A stretch of DNA of 25,699 bases from Oscillospiraceae bacterium (lineage in GTDB: Bacteria; Bacillota; Clostridia; Oscillospirales; UBA929). Both the position numbers and the translations under genes were made by a program. The notes beneath the pieces were generated by a model. That model ran no database searches, had not been told where the DNA came from, and saw only the letters and a program-made list of their open reading frames with translations. Shown piece by piece: positions 24,101-25,699 of the stretch. Every line of letters begins with the position of its first letter. Within the stretch, counting starts at the first letter, position 1. The stretch is taken from the NCBI GenBank assembly GCA_031550755.1, contig JAVBOJ010000123.1:1-25699 (forward strand), read 5' to 3'.

Positions 24101-24818
24101 GATCGGCGACACCGCCGCCGCCAAAATCAACGTCTATGTGGACGACGAGCTGGTGGCCGAGGATGTGGCCATTGCCTCCTCTTCCGTGCGCTACACCACC
24201 TCCTATGCCCTGCGCGGCTTGGAGTTCGGCGACCACACCCTCAAAGTGGAAGTCGTCGGCGGCTCGTTTACGCTTGACATGCTCAACGTCATCGGCGAGC
24301 GCTACATCGTGCCCGTGACCGGCATCGAGCTGAATCTGGAAGATGCCACCATCGAGCTCGGCGCCACCGCGACGCTGGTCGCCACCATCACCCCGGATGA
24401 CGCCACCAACAAGAACGTCACATGGTCCTCCTCTGATGAAGCGGTCGCCACAGTGGTAGACGGCGTTGTCACCGCCGTGGGCTACGGTACCGCCACGATC
24501 ACCGCGACCACCGAGGACGGCGGCCTGACCGCCACCTGCGAAGTGCTGGTACCCAAACACGCCAAGGGCATCAAGTTCAGCACCGCCTCCTACAGCCTCA
24601 AGAAGGGCAAAACCGTCAACCTCTTTGAGCGTCTGGTATTCAATCCCATTGACGCCACCTATCAGGATGTTACCTGGACGATTGTCAATCCCACCATCGC
24701 CAGCATCGACCAAGAGACCGGCGTTGTCACCGGCCTGAAATCCGGCAGCACCATGATCCTTGTCAAGGTCTTGGACGGCGGATTCTCCACCTCCATGACG
24801 CTGATGGTCACCAACTGA
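21165..24818 (+). CDS. Secreted multi-domain glycoside hydrolase with an N-terminal GH59-like (galactosylceramidase-family beta-galactosidase) catalytic domain, lectin/CBM-like beta-sandwich repeats and two C-terminal Big_2 domains
   Basis: The signal peptide is MSKLTRILSLTLGVIMLLGLVIVAPINAVALEG. The N-terminal block FKGYGALTCNNTSRLLLDYKEENPEAYWDLMDMLFNPDKGAGMTHVKIEMGNDSNTSSGTEPATM parallels the GH59 signature ([56 protein letters not shown]...M). Internal repeated beta-sandwich modules are present (EYEVYIDGVQVLNG... and KINVYVDDELVAED...). Two Big_2 domains are at the C-terminus (TATLVATITPDDATNKNVTWSSSDEAVATV and TGLKSGSTMILVKVLDGGFSTSMTLMVTN). The product is 1216 aa. The antisense 1190-aa ORF is a low-complexity artefact. 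Confidence 0.7.
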   Translation: MSKLTRILSLTLGVIMLLGLVIVAPINAVALEGETKTVIIDATQLDENPANRFKGYGALTCNNTSRLLLDYKEENPEAYWDLMDMLFNPDKGAGMTHVKIEMGNDSNTSSGTEPATMRSSTEKANVRRGAGFTLAADAKKINPKVEVSVLRWAPPRWVQTNNSTVSSSNYENFYKWYKETAISFYEEFGLYLDYINPDRNETGSPDTAFVIWFAERVKADDTFPNYDKVKIIASDENTSMNIANSMVGSNTTGQKLRALVDVMGYHYQMASSANYVTSNQTYNKEIWYSEGVAPQTPARYSVNSSVPFGGVTSALGIANRYIGMYTHGYRTFYIFQPAVSAMYSGAKYSHKEILAANNPWSGYYAPDLGIWAVMHFTQFAGIDQSRTARSGEGWYISTASDCYGNVANHGVITSGQVGDSTVDASVANGEYNRMIYVSPDKKDFSVVMVNDSNRVANFEFKVRGNITNAGAPAQLWETRGPDAGQEYDANWYKMIATVPAEDNGGGSFSYFITVKPRSMASLTTTTVNPNTGNARVEYSRPIVPENFTLDMSTEENPGLLYEDDFEYAGYPLDDEGLTYLERRGGTPRYTTDQAGAFEVLPGVGVEGSNGLQQMIYGGTNTIVPPTWTSTGWCYTLLGDGNWLNYKAAIDFKLDMNEAHGTSTNYAQIGVRHNRSETESQGSGNSSFGYKFRVYKAGDWYLYNRNSMVLQGNVADFDPNVWHNIALTAVENKFVAELDGVVITTYTDTNNPSNVGQIMLASGQYETVFDNLKVTKVSGYEAYATERLDDLDSRIVYENQSTWNHLTGQGGDRYNRTLSTGTKLAAGRITVNKGVQGAQGEVNKWFFGGEGAWGSYTDHWNSTNGAIAEFTFQGTGVEIQGNRGTDKMTASEYEVYIDGVQVLNGQNGVVLRSLNGSSSNNYTFATVPNLPDAVHTISIKLVKGGSSTNGMSITNALVDSTVVGPTPAFSFDFSGTGIDLIGDTAAAKINVYVDDELVAEDVAIASSSVRYTTSYALRGLEFGDHTLKVEVVGGSFTLDMLNVIGERYIVPVTGIELNLEDATIELGATATLVATITPDDATNKNVTWSSSDEAVATVVDGVVTAVGYGTATITATTEDGGLTATCEVLVPKHAKGIKFSTASYSLKKGKTVNLFERLVFNPIDATYQDVTWTIVNPTIASIDQETGVVTGLKSGSTMILVKVLDGGFSTSMTLMVTN

Positions 24819-24832
24819 TTTCTTCCTCCGAT

Positions 24833-24873
24833 AACGAGAGAGACGCGGGCATTTCGCCCGCGTCTCTCTCGTT
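24833..24873. terminator. Bidirectional terminator-like hairpin between the convergent GH59 and DAHP synthase genes
   Basis: An 18-bp stem AACGAGAGAGACGCGGGC / GCCCGCGTCTCTCTCGTT with an ATTTC loop is followed by TATCTTG, a weak U-tract. Confidence 0.6.
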
Positions 24874-24898
24874 TATCTTGTCAGACCTATAGATCCTG

Positions 24899-25699
24899 TT
24901 ATCGTATCTCCAAAAGTGTGCGCAGCTTGCCCATCAGCGCGCCGAACTCTTCCGGTGTAAGCGATTGTGCTCCGTCGCACAGGGCGAGGTCGGGGTTGTC
25001 ATGTACCTCGATGAGCAACCCGTCGGCACCGGCGGCAGCCGCCGCCAGCGACAGCGAGGGCACCATCCACGCAAGACCCGAGGCGTGGGAGGGATCCACC
25101 AGCACCGGCAGATGGCTCAGGCGTTTAACGGCCGGAATGGCGGAAATATCCAGCGTGTTGCGGGTGGCGTTCTCAAAGGTGCGGATGCCGCGCTCGCACA
25201 GAATGACGTTCGGATTTCCCTGCGCCAGAATGGTTTCCGCCGCCAACAGCCATTCGGCCACGGTGGAGGCCAGGCCGCGCTTCAGTAAAACCGGTGTTTT
25301 GATCCGTCCCACCTCGCGCAGCAGCTCGACATTTTGCATGTTGCGTGCGCCGATTTGGATGAGATCGACCGTCGCGGCAAACAATTCAACCTGAAGGGGC
25401 GACAGGATTTCCGACACGATGGGCAGCCCAGAGACCTCCCGCGCCGCCTGCAAATACGAAAGCCCCTCCAGCTCCAAGCCTTGGAAGGCATACGGCGAGG
25501 TGCGCGCCTTAAAAGCGCCGCCGCGTAGCAGGGTCGCCCCGGCGGCCTTCACCGCCAGCGCGATGTCGCAGACTTGCGTCCGGCTTTCCACCGAACAGGG
25601 GCCCGCCATGACGGCGAAATGTCCGCCGCCCACCGGCACGCCCGAAACCAGCACCACCGAGTCGTCCGGATGGGCGGTTCGGCTTGTTTTTTCAGTATT
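24899..25699 (-). CDS. aroF: 3-deoxy-7-phosphoheptulonate (DAHP) synthase, class I-beta catalytic barrel. Partial, with the N-terminus beyond the window end.
   Basis: The sequence [25 protein letters not shown] carries the GPCSVES hallmark of I-beta DAH7PS (KDO8PS is the related alternative). A (beta/alpha)8 pattern follows, with [16 protein letters not shown]...[12 protein letters not shown]...LVDPSHASG. The ORF remains open to position 25699. Confidence 0.8.
   Translation of the reverse strand, partial: NTEKTSRTAHPDDSVVLVSGVPVGGGHFAVMAGPCSVESRTQVCDIALAVKAAGATLLRGGAFKARTSPYAFQGLELEGLSYLQAAREVSGLPIVSEILSPLQVELFAATVDLIQIGARNMQNVELLREVGRIKTPVLLKRGLASTVAEWLLAAETILAQGNPNVILCERGIRTFENATRNTLDISAIPAVKRLSHLPVLVDPSHASGLAWMVPSLSLAAAAAGADGLLIEVHDNPDLALCDGAQSLTPEEFGALMGKLRTLLEIR

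Noticed and set aside
21141-24713. 1190-aa minus-strand ORF
   Set aside because: It is antisense to the GH59 gene. The + frame has a signal peptide, an RBS and family-level motifs. The minus frame is Gly/Ala/Val low complexity.

Overview
This is a high-GC (~60%+) window from a Gram-positive genome, most likely a Clostridia-type gut bacterium. The coding is dense and the long antisense ORFs are typical of GC-rich DNA. I read it as a composite acidic-polysaccharide utilisation island with a membrane-organisation module in the middle.

- **Regulator pair (1-2858, minus strand):** a YesM/YesN-like two-component system. The REC + AraC-type regulator is cut off by the window start. The sensor kinase carries an extracytoplasmic domain.
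- **Import and processing operon (3146-10958, plus strand), divergent from the regulators:**
  - a lipoprotein solute-binding protein and two ABC permeases;
  - a GH88-type unsaturated glucuronyl hydrolase;
  - a heparinase II/III-family lyase with no signal peptide;
  - an MFS transporter.
- **Membrane module (11036-13706):** a perfect sigma-A consensus promoter drives three genes: a small DUF1836/HTH-like protein, a short NfeD homologue with an OB-fold, and a FloT-like flotillin.
- **Giant secreted enzyme (13762-19080, minus strand):** 1772 aa, fusing a CE15 glucuronoyl-esterase-like domain to a PL11 rhamnogalacturonan-lyase-like beta-propeller, with Big_2 modules.
- **Divergent intergenic region (19081-19557):** three tandem DnaA-box-like 9-mers.
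- **Thioester-domain protein (19558-20874, plus strand):** a Cys...Q-x-A-I-W thioester-domain (TED)-like region plus a SpaA/CnaB-like domain. It starts with six 18-bp tandem repeats encoding (VVPAAP)n, and has no signal peptide or LPXTG.
- **Second secreted enzyme (21165-24818, plus strand):** 1216 aa, a GH59-like glycosidase. Its C-terminal Big_2 module ending ...VTN is homologous to that of the CE15-PL11 protein.
- **Window end (24899-25699, minus strand):** a DAHP synthase fragment.

Most noteworthy are the CE15-PL11 fusion, the apparently cytoplasmic TED-like protein sitting between two secreted multi-domain polysaccharide enzymes that share a C-terminal module, the DnaA-box-like cluster, and the unusual mix of GAG-type and pectin-type enzymes.

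No tRNA, rRNA, CRISPR array or mobile element was seen. All family assignments rest on motif recognition by eye; no searches were run.
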